DNA from: Escherichia phage vB_EcoM_RZ | DNA length: 64,000 nucleotides | Sequence record: MW598459 | Reading direction: 5' to 3' (one strand) | Shown here: piece after piece, positions 17,285 to 26,927 of the stretch | Numbering within the stretch: position 1 is the stretch's first letter | How the letters are laid out: every line of letters begins with the position of its first letter | The notes under the pieces: generated by a model | Told to the model about the DNA's origin: nothing | The model's input: only the letters and a program-made list of their open reading frames with translations | Database searches by the model: none | Made by a program: the position numbers and the translations under genes

Positions 17285-17617
17285 TTATTTATAAAGTTTT
17301 GCCAGTTCTTTACGTCCACGAGCAGACATAATAAATTGTTCATCGCCAATTTTAAAATATGCCATACCACCGTCAACAGCGATACCAATTTCTTTAGTAC
17401 CTTCTTTGCCTTTCCACTTGCCACCAGATTTCAGGACAGCTTCAACTGCAGCTTTGGAATATTTGGACGTTTGAAAACGTTCATTACCAATCTGAAAGAA
17501 AACACCATCTGCATTTTTGGTTAAACCAAATTTCAGAGAGCCTTCACTATCATCAATTGATTTGGTCTCATTGATGGCGGATTCGGCTAAAAACTCGTTG
17601 TAAGTTTTGATGTTCAT
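17285..17617 (-). CDS. internal-protein-like protein (divergent capsid-targeting sequence)
   Basis: N-terminus MNIKTYNEFLAESA; lysine/glycine-rich body; own early promoter. Confidence 0.55.
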   Translation of the reverse strand: MNIKTYNEFLAESAINETKSIDDSEGSLKFGLTKNADGVFFQIGNERFQTSKYSKAAVEAVLKSGGKWKGKEGTKEIGIAVDGGMAYFKIGDEQFIMSARGRKELAKLYK

Positions 17618-17648
17618 TTTAACTCCGTTTGTTCGTTGGTGTAGGTGT

Positions 17649-17677
17649 ATAATACTGCACCTACACTCATTTGTACA

Positions 17678-17678
<1 letters not shown>
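17649..17678 (-). promoter_or_regulatory. T4-type early promoter cassette with dyad around -10
   Basis: Minus strand GTGTAC-N18-TATTAT; inverted repeat GTGTAGGTG/CACCTACAC flanks the -10. Confidence 0.5.
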
Positions 17679-18368
<690 letters not shown>

Positions 18369-18369
<1 letters not shown>

Positions 18370-19046
18370 TATATTACCTTATTAATTTTATCAAAAAGTT
18401 CTTCGAGTGTGCCATCGTTTTTAATAACAATGTCACTAGCTAGTGGTGGAAGTCCAGCTTCCGTAATGTGTGTATCAGTAGAATGATTTGCTTCATCGCG
18501 TTCTACAAAGATTATTGTAGCACCCATCGCCCGAAGCGAATCAAGTTCGTTCTTTTGGCGAACATCTGGGACAACGTAATATTTATATCCAGAATAGAGG
18601 TTGTCAAGATAGTCGCATGCAAAAGTTTTAATCCAAAACATGCTGTCGAACTCTGTACAAACAATATCAGTTCCAAGGGTCTGCATGAAACGTCTAACTG
18701 TCCAGGGCTCAACATTATTTAGTGTGTGAAATTCAATGATTTTACGAACCATATCTGGATTCGGAAGGTCAAGATTATATTGTTGTTTCAACCATTCAAG
18801 AGCATCAACCAGAAGAATATAAGCTTCGGTGTTGTTCATTATCAAGGTTTTTTCACGGTCATAACCTTGTCCATCAAAATTTTCCAGGGTCAAATTGTGT
18901 GGCAGGTCTTGACGAATCCACGCGTTATAAAGCGCTTCTTTAATCGGACCAGCAAGCTGCCACTTTGTTCCGTTTTGACTAATAACATAATCAGCAGTCG
19001 TATCTTTACCACTGCGTTTTTTACCCACAATCGCAATTAATTTCAT
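18369..19046 (-). CDS. 1: dNMP kinase
   Basis: 225 aa; GKKRSGKDTTADYV, YQLAGPIK, VRRFMQTLGTD, MGATIIFVER, DTHITEAGLP match T4 gp1. Confidence 0.9.
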
Positions 19047-19642
19047 ACGTTTCTCATAGATGGATGCATTGACTTAGACCTGATTTCCTGTTGCATTGCC
19101 GCATTACTATCAATCTGTGGTCTACCTTCTATTATTATACCATCAATTTCTACAGCAAAAGACTTAAAGTTAAAAGTTGCTGTTGCAATGATAGCCGGGT
19201 CAGAATCTTCTTTATATGAATACTGAATCTCTGACAGGTCGGACGGCCATGCTCCATAGTAATGGATTGACATGACAATTTTGTCCTTGTTGTTATCTAA
19301 GATATGAAGCGTGACCGCTTCGGGACGACCCTTCGGATGCCATGCTTTTGATTCGTGTGTGATGTAGTTGTTGAGCGAGAGCATCCATTTATAGATATCA
19401 AGCCATGCTCTTAGGTCTTTGTCACACAGAAAGTTAACAATCAGCGGGTCGAATTCTATTGTACTACCAGGAAGACTGGAGCGATTTATACCTTGTGTTC
19501 CGCCCGGGACATCCGTCACAGGAATGTGAACCCCTGGGAGGGTAACGTCTTGAACGTTTAGTTTAAAGGTCTGTGTGAGGTTTGAATCGCTCACCTCTAA
19601 TATAAAGTTAGTCGTGTTAGTTTGATTATATAAACCTGACAT
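19043..19642 (-). CDS. 3: tail completion / sheath stabilizer protein gp3
   Basis: Between genes 1 and 2 as in T4; start set at MSGLYNQ with SD AGGTG (track ORF extends further upstream). Confidence 0.6.
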   Translation of the reverse strand: MSGLYNQTNTTNFILEVSDSNLTQTFKLNVQDVTLPGVHIPVTDVPGGTQGINRSSLPGSTIEFDPLIVNFLCDKDLRAWLDIYKWMLSLNNYITHESKAWHPKGRPEAVTLHILDNNKDKIVMSIHYYGAWPSDLSEIQYSYKEDSDPAIIATATFNFKSFAVEIDGIIIEGRPQIDSNAAMQQEIRSKSMHPSMRNV

Positions 19643-19653
19643 AGTGCACCTTG

Positions 19654-19681
19654 TTTGCTTTAAAACAATCAGTGTTATAAT
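19654..19681 (+). promoter_or_regulatory. consensus T4 middle (MotA-dependent) promoter, antisense to gene 2
   Basis: Plus strand TTTGCTTTA (MotA box) - 13 bp - TATAAT - GGTTCTAGACC, in the gp3/gp2 intergenic gap and pointing into gene 2. Confidence 0.45.
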
Positions 19682-19727
19682 GGTTCTAGACCTTTTGTCC
19701 TTACCAATAACACTGACCGATAATAGA

Positions 19728-20561
19728 TTATGAATTTCTCCATACTTTCTGTGAAGAAAATCTTTTGCCTTTTGAAAAAAACTGCTGAAGGGGGAGTAAT
19801 ACCACATTTGCCCAGTCACTGGGCTTGATTTCAGTAATAGTACCTTTTATATTGCCAGGTATATATGCTTTAATCATCTGGTCAGCCCCTTTAAATCCCT
19901 TCACCTTTGACCAATCAATCTTCAGATGAGTCTTGTTCGTAATCGTAGGAGTATTAGCATATTGCTTAAGAAGTTCCTCAAGGAACTCTTGACGTGCCTT
20001 CGGTGGAATATAGTGCAAGTTCAAACCATACATCAAATTGTGCTTACCTAGCCCAAGATAAATGATTAACGGATATTTGTCCCAGTACGGAAGAGTATCC
20101 TTATGCTTTGCATCATAGATATAAGCATAAATCTTACCCGGTTGAGGTTTAGCCGTTACGTGGCCACGAACTGATTTCTTAATTGTCTCAGCGAACCATC
20201 TGGCAGATTTGGTGTTGCTTGCTGCGCCTTCGTTAGCAATCTTATCTCTTATGCTCTTTCTAAAGCTATTCACCATTATCAGCTGGCGTTCAGCCTTCGT
20301 AAGTTTACCGGCGGGTTTCTTTTTGAGCTTGGATACTTTATAAGCAGTCTGAATTCTCGAATGATATCTTGACATGCTTTTGGTAAAGGTCGAATAGTTG
20401 ATTCCTTTCTCTTCAGCAAACTTCTTCGAGGTCATTCCCTTTTCTTTTGCTGTATAAAATTCAACCCCTATTTCAACCCATTGTTGTTCGGATTTACTGG
20501 GTTTTGGACCTGGTTTATCTACAGATTCATTGATAAATGTAAAAATACTCATCCTTTCCAT
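19728..20561 (-). CDS. 2: DNA end protector protein gp2
   Basis: 277 aa (T4 gp2 274 aa), basic, between gene 3 and gene 4 region. Confidence 0.7.
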   Translation of the reverse strand: MERMSIFTFINESVDKPGPKPSKSEQQWVEIGVEFYTAKEKGMTSKKFAEEKGINYSTFTKSMSRYHSRIQTAYKVSKLKKKPAGKLTKAERQLIMVNSFRKSIRDKIANEGAASNTKSARWFAETIKKSVRGHVTAKPQPGKIYAYIYDAKHKDTLPYWDKYPLIIYLGLGKHNLMYGLNLHYIPPKARQEFLEELLKQYANTPTITNKTHLKIDWSKVKGFKGADQMIKAYIPGNIKGTITEIKPSDWANVVLLPLQQFFSKGKRFSSQKVWRNS

Positions 20562-21277
20562 CCTTCTATAAAATTAATCAAATCATTTTTTAAATAGTAT
20601 GGTAAGGTTTCTGTATAGCCATCGACCATAATATCTTTATTCAAATAACCTCTGTCTTTTATATATAATACAGATATTGCGGATTCTAACATTTTGGCTT
20701 GTGCACCCAGTTCAAATTCTCGATAATATAATTTGGAACTAATGCATTTGGAAAAATGATTTTGCTGCCACAATCTAAAATCATGATTGGAAGTTATACC
20801 ATACTTTAAAGCAGTTCCGCCCGGATATTCTATTTTATTAACATAAACAATAGCAGGTTTCTTTGCGTTAAATCCTTTGTGACAACAGTTTGGACATCCT
20901 TTGTTTTTTGTTGTAAAGTTGTTTAGATTTGTAATCCAACTGGTTGAACATGTAGAACACTTTATATAGGCTTTTGATTTTGTAAAAGTTGAATATGTGG
21001 TATCCCATTTATCAAAACTATACAATGGATTCACGGAATTTATTCTTGTGATTGCATCTAATTCAGATATTAATTTGCTTTCACCATAAGAACGTTTTAA
21101 ATTACAATTAGAACACCAACTTTTTGTTTTTAACTTATGCTTTAAAACAGTTGCTTTGTATTTGCATGTTTCTTCACATATAAAGCACTTTACAAATATC
21201 AAAGTTTTTGATTTATTAAAATCGCCTTGTCCCACTATCTCGCCATTTGTGATGTTAAAATCTGAACAATCGTACAT
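20549..21277 (-). CDS. inserted Zn-ribbon protein with C-terminal GIY-YIG-like nuclease motifs
   Basis: 242 aa; CxxC pairs ([22 protein letters not shown]); then AIVYV-x11-KYGIT, downstream R and E; no gene at this position in T4. Confidence 0.5.
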   Translation of the reverse strand: MYDCSDFNITNGEIVGQGDFNKSKTLIFVKCFICEETCKYKATVLKHKLKTKSWCSNCNLKRSYGESKLISELDAITRINSVNPLYSFDKWDTTYSTFTKSKAYIKCSTCSTSWITNLNNFTTKNKGCPNCCHKGFNAKKPAIVYVNKIEYPGGTALKYGITSNHDFRLWQQNHFSKCISSKLYYREFELGAQAKMLESAISVLYIKDRGYLNKDIMVDGYTETLPYYLKNDLINFIEGWKG

Positions 21278-21729
21278 TATAAACCCTTATATCCCATTTT
21301 TCTAAGCGCATCTTCAGTAATCAATCTAAACTGGATGCCCATTTTATCGGCTACGGCCTGCGCTGCTTTCCACTTATCCTTGTTAACGGCCCAAGTGTAC
21401 ATTTCGTTCATAAACCTCTTCTTACTTGCGGCGGTCGTATTGACTGGTTTTGCCGGCGGCCTTGTTTCCTTTTTGGGTTTGACCTCAAAGAAAAACTGTT
21501 GTCCATTTGAGAATTTCACCCACATATCCATGTAATATCTGCGTTTTTTACCATCCGCATTACTGAAATATGGAATAATTACGGTCTCAGAGCCCCATTG
21601 TATCACATCTGGATGATTATCTAACCAATTAAATACAAATTTTTCCCAATTTGACCTGTATGTGATTTTCTTCCAGTCTCCTTTGTACTTGGCAACGTTT
21701 TTTGGCTGCCACTTCCCGGAGTATGCCAT
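21277..21729 (-). CDS. 4: head completion protein gp4
   Basis: 150 aa (T4 gp4 150 aa); divergent from gene 53; late promoter just upstream. Confidence 0.75.
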   Translation of the reverse strand: MAYSGKWQPKNVAKYKGDWKKITYRSNWEKFVFNWLDNHPDVIQWGSETVIIPYFSNADGKKRRYYMDMWVKFSNGQQFFFEVKPKKETRPPAKPVNTTAASKKRFMNEMYTWAVNKDKWKAAQAVADKMGIQFRLITEDALRKMGYKGL

Positions 21730-21757
21730 ATAGCCTCCTAATAAATATTGATATACT

Positions 21758-21765
21758 TATTTATA
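21758..21765 (-). promoter_or_regulatory. late promoter (TATAAATA) for gene 4
   Basis: Plus TATTTATA = minus TATAAATA about 30 nt upstream of gp4 ATG. Confidence 0.5.
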
Positions 21766-21777
21766 AATGGAGGCTTT

Positions 21778-22380
21778 ATGCTTTTTTCATTTTTTAACCC
21801 AATTGATTATGATGCAAAAACAATCAGAAAAAACTCGGCATCATTAACGAAAGAAGACGTCTTAAGCATCCCAATGACTGACATCTTCAGAAACTATCGT
21901 GCCTATTTTGATAAGGTTGCGGTTAATTATACACCAAAAACATATTACATCGCTGGAGCTCCGAGACCTGAAGAACTTGCATACCAGCTCTATGGAAACA
22001 CGCAACTCTATTGGGTTCTCCTTATGCTTAATAATATCTATGACCCTTATTATGGTTGGATATGTTCACAAGAATCATCGTATCAGGCATCAATTCAACG
22101 CTATTCAAATATAGGTGGTAATCAGGTTCTTTATCATGTAAATGAAGATGGTGAAAAATTCTGGAATCTTGTTTCTTATCCTGATAATCCGTACACCTGG
22201 TATGATAAAGGTGATAAGAATAAATTGTACCCACAATATGAAGGTCCATTGGCTGCAGTAGATATCTATGAAGATGCTATTCGCAAAAATGAATATAAAC
22301 GAGAAATAAAGATAATCGACCCTAATGATATCGAATCATTTATTTCGGCATTAATCCGTGAGATGGAGAAGGCATTATGA
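21778..22380 (+). CDS. 53: baseplate wedge protein gp53
   Basis: Start at ATG after SD AATGGAGG; 200 aa; position before gene 5. Confidence 0.75.
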   Translation: MLFSFFNPIDYDAKTIRKNSASLTKEDVLSIPMTDIFRNYRAYFDKVAVNYTPKTYYIAGAPRPEELAYQLYGNTQLYWVLLMLNNIYDPYYGWICSQESSYQASIQRYSNIGGNQVLYHVNEDGEKFWNLVSYPDNPYTWYDKGDKNKLYPQYEGPLAAVDIYEDAIRKNEYKREIKIIDPNDIESFISALIREMEKAL

Positions 22381-24119
22381 TTAATATGTCAGATAATGTA
22401 AGTTGGTTCGTCGGTGTTGTCGAAGACCGAATGGACCCACTTCAACAAGGCCGAGTCCGTGTCCGTGTATGGGGTATGCATCCATATGAGAAATCGCAAG
22501 GGCCTGTAAAAGGTATCAGAACTGAAGACCTGCCATGGATGTCTGTACTGATGCCAACATCATCTGCATCAGTTTCTGGTATTCAAACTGCAATGACCGG
22601 TATGGTGCCAGGGACTCAAGTATATGGTCACTTTTTAGACAAGTGGAAACTCAACGGGCTTGTTATTGGTACGTATGGTTCAGCCTCAAGACAAAAAGCA
22701 AATCCCAACGAAGGCTTCTCTGACCCCACAGGACAATATCCACTTTATGTAGGTAATGATGCTGCTGCGCTCAACCGTGGCGGTGAGGTTGGTTATGATG
22801 CAACTTCGAACGTAATTCAGGATGCAAACACCGATGTAGGTATTAACCCTGATGGCCTTGATTTGAGTCAAGTTAAGCCAGATGATAATCCTAATTTCAC
22901 AATTGAAAATATGCTTCACCGTGATGAAGGTCTTCGTTTGAAAGTATATTGGGACACCGAAGGTTATCCTACTATAGGTATAGGACACTTAATTGCACCA
23001 CAACCTATTAGAGATATGAATCAGATAAACAAAATATTATCTAATCAAATAGGCCGTGAAGTTAAAGGTAACCCTGGTGCAATATCAATGGACGAGGCTT
23101 CTAAGTTATTCCAGGAAGACCTTAAAAAAGTTCAAAACGATATAGGCCGGCATAGTGTTGTAGGCCCGGTTTACAATAAAGAAAACCGTTCGAGACAAAT
23201 GGCTCTTGAAAACATGGCTTTCCAAATGGGATTGGGTGGGCTTGCTAAATTTAAAACGATGCTCGCTGCAATGTTAGCCGGAGATTATAAGAAAGCATTT
23301 GATGCCGCCCGTGATTCTGTATGGTTTAACCAAACTAAAGGCCGTGCATCAAGGGTATCAATGATTATCCTCACAGGTAATATGGAATCATATGGTATTA
23401 TGGCCCCTAAAGAAAGGTCATTTAAAGGGCGTTCATATAGGATGATTCAAACCTTTGCAGCCCCTGCAAATTCTGACCCAGCCGACCCGTGGACTCCAGA
23501 AGATACGAGGATTTTGTTTAAAGAGCCAGAATCCAGTTACAAGGGCGAATATCCTTATGTGCAGACAATGCAAACTGAAGGCGGGCATGTTCAGGAATTC
23601 GATAACACCCCTGGACAAGAACGTTATCGACTGATTCACCCGACCGGTTCCTATGAGGAAGTTGCACCAGATGGTCGTAAGACTTCGAAGACAGTGGCTG
23701 ATGGATATTATATGACCCAGGGCGATTCGAGTACTTACGTTGGCGGTAATAATAAAGTCAACGTTGGTGGTGATGAAACCTATTATAATATGGCTAACGT
23801 TCGTCGTCAGACCGATGGAAACGAAAGCATTCATATTCGTGGGAATGAAACCAAAACCATTGAAGGTGACGGTACAATTATTGTCAAAGGTAATGTAAGT
23901 ATTCTGGTCGAAGGTAATGCTGAAATAACTGTTAAAGGTGACGCAAAAACTCTTGTCGAAGGTAACCATGATTATACGGTAAATGGTAATGTCAAATGGT
24001 CCGTTAATGGAAACGTTGATATGACCGTGGCTGGCAATTGGTCCGAAACAATGTCAACAATGAGTTCTATTGCATCTGGTCAATATACTATTGATGGTTC
24101 GAGGATTGACATTGGCTAA
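22377..24119 (+). CDS. 5: baseplate hub + tail lysozyme gp5
   Basis: 580 aa; N-terminal OB domain, lysozyme domain (DEGLRLKVYWDTEGYPTIGIGHLI) and C-terminal beta-helix repeats (VEGNAEITVKGDAKTLVEGN). Confidence 0.95.
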   Translation: MINMSDNVSWFVGVVEDRMDPLQQGRVRVRVWGMHPYEKSQGPVKGIRTEDLPWMSVLMPTSSASVSGIQTAMTGMVPGTQVYGHFLDKWKLNGLVIGTYGSASRQKANPNEGFSDPTGQYPLYVGNDAAALNRGGEVGYDATSNVIQDANTDVGINPDGLDLSQVKPDDNPNFTIENMLHRDEGLRLKVYWDTEGYPTIGIGHLIAPQPIRDMNQINKILSNQIGREVKGNPGAISMDEASKLFQEDLKKVQNDIGRHSVVGPVYNKENRSRQMALENMAFQMGLGGLAKFKTMLAAMLAGDYKKAFDAARDSVWFNQTKGRASRVSMIILTGNMESYGIMAPKERSFKGRSYRMIQTFAAPANSDPADPWTPEDTRILFKEPESSYKGEYPYVQTMQTEGGHVQEFDNTPGQERYRLIHPTGSYEEVAPDGRKTSKTVADGYYMTQGDSSTYVGGNNKVNVGGDETYYNMANVRRQTDGNESIHIRGNETKTIEGDGTIIVKGNVSILVEGNAEITVKGDAKTLVEGNHDYTVNGNVKWSVNGNVDMTVAGNWSETMSTMSSIASGQYTIDGSRIDIG

Positions 24120-24129
24120 TATACTTCCA

Positions 24130-24651
24130 ATGAGCACTGACCTAGGAGACTCCATGGAAGGAGCCTCAATCGATGTTACGTTTACGGCTCAATTAGAAAC
24201 AAACGAAACATTAGTCGAAATAAATATAACTGAATATGAGGCCACCCCTGGCGTTAATGTTGAGGAGAATCATCTTTATGGTGTTTATGAATCCGTGTTC
24301 GGATTCGCAGATGATGCACTTAAATATCGGCTTAATGATGAATTCAAAACTGCCGGTTCATGGGAAGACCTTCCTACCGATAAGAGTACTCAATTGTATC
24401 TCTGGAGGGCTCCAGCGAGCCTCCAGAAGGTCTTTTCATACACGGTAACCCTAACCTATGACTTTCAAGAAGAGAGCTCTGGTGGAGACACAGGGAGCTC
24501 CGGCGGCAGTAATAGCCGTGCAGGTAATGAGACCGACCCACCTCCTGCTCCAGTAAGAAAAACAATGACAAAAGTTTACACAAAAACTATCGTTGGTAAC
24601 TGGTCAAGATGGGCAGATAAACTGCGTTCATACGTATACGCGAGGGATTAA
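24130..24651 (+). CDS. 5.1: gp5.1-like hypothetical protein
   Basis: Start at MSTDLGD just after gp5 stop; position matches T4 5.1. Confidence 0.5.
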   Translation: MSTDLGDSMEGASIDVTFTAQLETNETLVEINITEYEATPGVNVEENHLYGVYESVFGFADDALKYRLNDEFKTAGSWEDLPTDKSTQLYLWRAPASLQKVFSYTVTLTYDFQEESSGGDTGSSGGSNSRAGNETDPPPAPVRKTMTKVYTKTIVGNWSRWADKLRSYVYARD

Positions 24652-24944
24652 TGGCTGGATTAAGTTTTAATCAATGTGTTACAGCAGGCCACGAAGCATG
24701 GCCACCGACTGTAATTAATGCAACTCAAGGTAAAGTATTCACCGGGGGAATTCCGGTGTTAGTTGCCGGAGACCCTATTACCGAGCATACCGAAATTAAA
24801 AAACCATATGAAACTCACGGTGGAGTAACACAACCGCGCACATCAAAAGTATTTGTTACCGGTAAGAAAGCTGTTCAAATGGCAGACCCGATTTCATGTG
24901 GTGATACTGTGGCTCAAGCCTCATCAAAAGTCTTTATAAAATAG
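24651..24944 (+). CDS. 5.4: PAAR-repeat tail spike tip protein gp5.4
   Basis: 97 aa (T4 gp5.4 97 aa); position after 5.1; Gly/Pro-rich small protein. Confidence 0.75.
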   Translation: MAGLSFNQCVTAGHEAWPPTVINATQGKVFTGGIPVLVAGDPITEHTEIKKPYETHGGVTQPRTSKVFVTGKKAVQMADPISCGDTVAQASSKVFIK

Positions 24945-24952
24945 GAAATAAA

Positions 24953-26899
24953 ATGGCTACTCCTACGAATTACCAATTAACAAGAACCGTTAACGCTATC
25001 CCAAAAGTATTTGTGGGAGCTACGTTTGAAGAAATTAAAAAGAACATCATCGACTGGTTATCAAGCCAGGATGAATTTAAGGATTATGATTTCGTAGGTT
25101 CGCGAATGAATATCCTGATTGATATGCTTGCGTATAATACACTTTATATGCAGCAGTTTGCTAATACAGCAGTTTATGAATCATTTATCGGAACTGCAAA
25201 CTTAAGGTCTTCGGTTGTTCAGGCGGCACAGGATAATGGATATCTTCCATCTTCACGTTCGGCCGCAAAGACTTCGGTTATGTTGACATGTTCTCATGCT
25301 CTACAACCATCGAATATTGAAATCCCACGAGGAACTAAATTCCTGGCCTATGCTCGTGATACATCAGCTGACCCTTATGTTTTTGTTACCACGGAAAACG
25401 TTATCGCGGTTAAAGATATTAACAACCAATACCTTCCGATTGTATCTCTGGCACAGGGTCGTATTATTCGTACGGAACTTTTATATGACCCGAAACAACC
25501 TATTCTTATCCGCGACCCGGATATCGACCGCAAAGAAGTTAAGTTATATGTGAATGGTGTTGAGTGGGATGACTGGACGAACAAATCAATGGTTCATGCT
25601 GGTTCGACTTCCACCATATTTTATATGCGTGAAACAATCGATGGCTATACCGAATTTTTCTTTGGTGAAGGTGAATCCACCAAATCTGTAGCTGGTGGTG
25701 TTATGGAAGCCAACTATATTGGCGGTCTCAAACCTGTGCAAGATTCGACAATTGTTATTGAATATCTTCGTACCTCAGGGGCAGATGCAAACGGTGCTGT
25801 TGATTTCAGTTATGCCGATACTTTGTCCTATATAACAGTGGATAAAATTACTGAAAACTATAATAACGACCCTGATTATGTCGGTGCCGATGGCGGTGGT
25901 GACCCAGAAGATATCGAACGTATCCGTGAACTAGCTGTTGTTAAACGTGAAGCGCAGATGCGTGCTGTCACCGGAACGGATTATGATACCTTCGTATCCG
26001 AAAGATTTGGCTCAATCGTGCAAGCCGTACAGACGTTTACAGACGCTAATAAACCTGGGTATGCGTTTATATCAGTTAAGCCTAAATCGGGCTTGTATCT
26101 CACTGCAGTGCAGCGTGAGGACATCCAGAACTACCTTAGCGAGTTCAACGTATCAACAATTACACCATCGGTAATTTCTCCGGATTATTTGTTCCTTAAA
26201 CATAATATCAAAGTATCTTATGCGCTGAACAAATTACAAGAATCTGAACAATGGTTGCAAGCACAAATCATTAATCAGATTGACCGTTATTATATCGATG
26301 AAGTTGAAATCTTTAACAGAAGTTTTGCTAAGTCAAAAATGCTTACATATGTGGATAATACTGACCATAGTATTCTTGGTTCATCTGCAACCATTTCGAT
26401 GGTGCGTGAAGTCCTGAACTTCTTTAAGACTCCAGAATCCGGCATTAAATACTATAACCAGTATGGCAACCGTTCAGTCGAATCAAGTGAATTTGAATTT
26501 GTTCCGACCACGGGTGAAGCCTATAACGTTCGCATTGTCGCAACTGATAAAGATTCTCGTGGTGACGGTAAAATGGTAATTGGTCCATTCCGTCCAGGCG
26601 ATGTTATTGAAAATGTAAACATCCAGCCTTACCTACTAGATGACTTTAATAAAATGGAAGCTCCGGCTGACCAAACAGTTTATTACGCAATTGGCGAAAT
26701 TGACTATTACTCTGATTATATTTTTTGGGATATCGCTGCGATTGGATTGACCTCCGACCGCTTTGAAGTTCAATCAATCGAACTTTATGCAAGCCCTAAC
26801 CAAGATAATATATACACGCAAGATGGTTCACTGATTGTATTTGAGAATGACCTTCGTCCGCAATATACAAAGATTGACCTTGAACCAATTACACTATAA
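24953..26899 (+). CDS. 6: baseplate wedge protein gp6
   Basis: 648 aa (T4 gp6 about 660 aa); in the 5-6-7-8 order. Confidence 0.85.
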   Translation: MATPTNYQLTRTVNAIPKVFVGATFEEIKKNIIDWLSSQDEFKDYDFVGSRMNILIDMLAYNTLYMQQFANTAVYESFIGTANLRSSVVQAAQDNGYLPSSRSAAKTSVMLTCSHALQPSNIEIPRGTKFLAYARDTSADPYVFVTTENVIAVKDINNQYLPIVSLAQGRIIRTELLYDPKQPILIRDPDIDRKEVKLYVNGVEWDDWTNKSMVHAGSTSTIFYMRETIDGYTEFFFGEGESTKSVAGGVMEANYIGGLKPVQDSTIVIEYLRTSGADANGAVDFSYADTLSYITVDKITENYNNDPDYVGADGGGDPEDIERIRELAVVKREAQMRAVTGTDYDTFVSERFGSIVQAVQTFTDANKPGYAFISVKPKSGLYLTAVQREDIQNYLSEFNVSTITPSVISPDYLFLKHNIKVSYALNKLQESEQWLQAQIINQIDRYYIDEVEIFNRSFAKSKMLTYVDNTDHSILGSSATISMVREVLNFFKTPESGIKYYNQYGNRSVESSEFEFVPTTGEAYNVRIVATDKDSRGDGKMVIGPFRPGDVIENVNIQPYLLDDFNKMEAPADQTVYYAIGEIDYYSDYIFWDIAAIGLTSDRFEVQSIELYASPNQDNIYTQDGSLIVFENDLRPQYTKIDLEPITL

Positions 26900-26919
26900 G
26901 CCTCTTCGGAGGCTTTTTA
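26899..26919 (+). terminator. hairpin terminator/attenuator between genes 6 and 7
   Basis: AGCCTCTTCGGAGGCT hairpin (UUCG-type loop) followed by TTTTT. Confidence 0.45.
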
Positions 26920-26927
26920 AGGAAACC

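Noticed and set aside
19729-19830. 33-codon plus-strand ORF downstream of the antisense middle promoter
   Set aside because: Too short, no conserved features, and entirely within the complement of gene 2; not called as a gene.
23433-23969. 178-aa minus-strand ORF
   Set aside because: Antisense to the C-terminal beta-helix of gp5; repetitive translation mirrors the sense-strand repeats.
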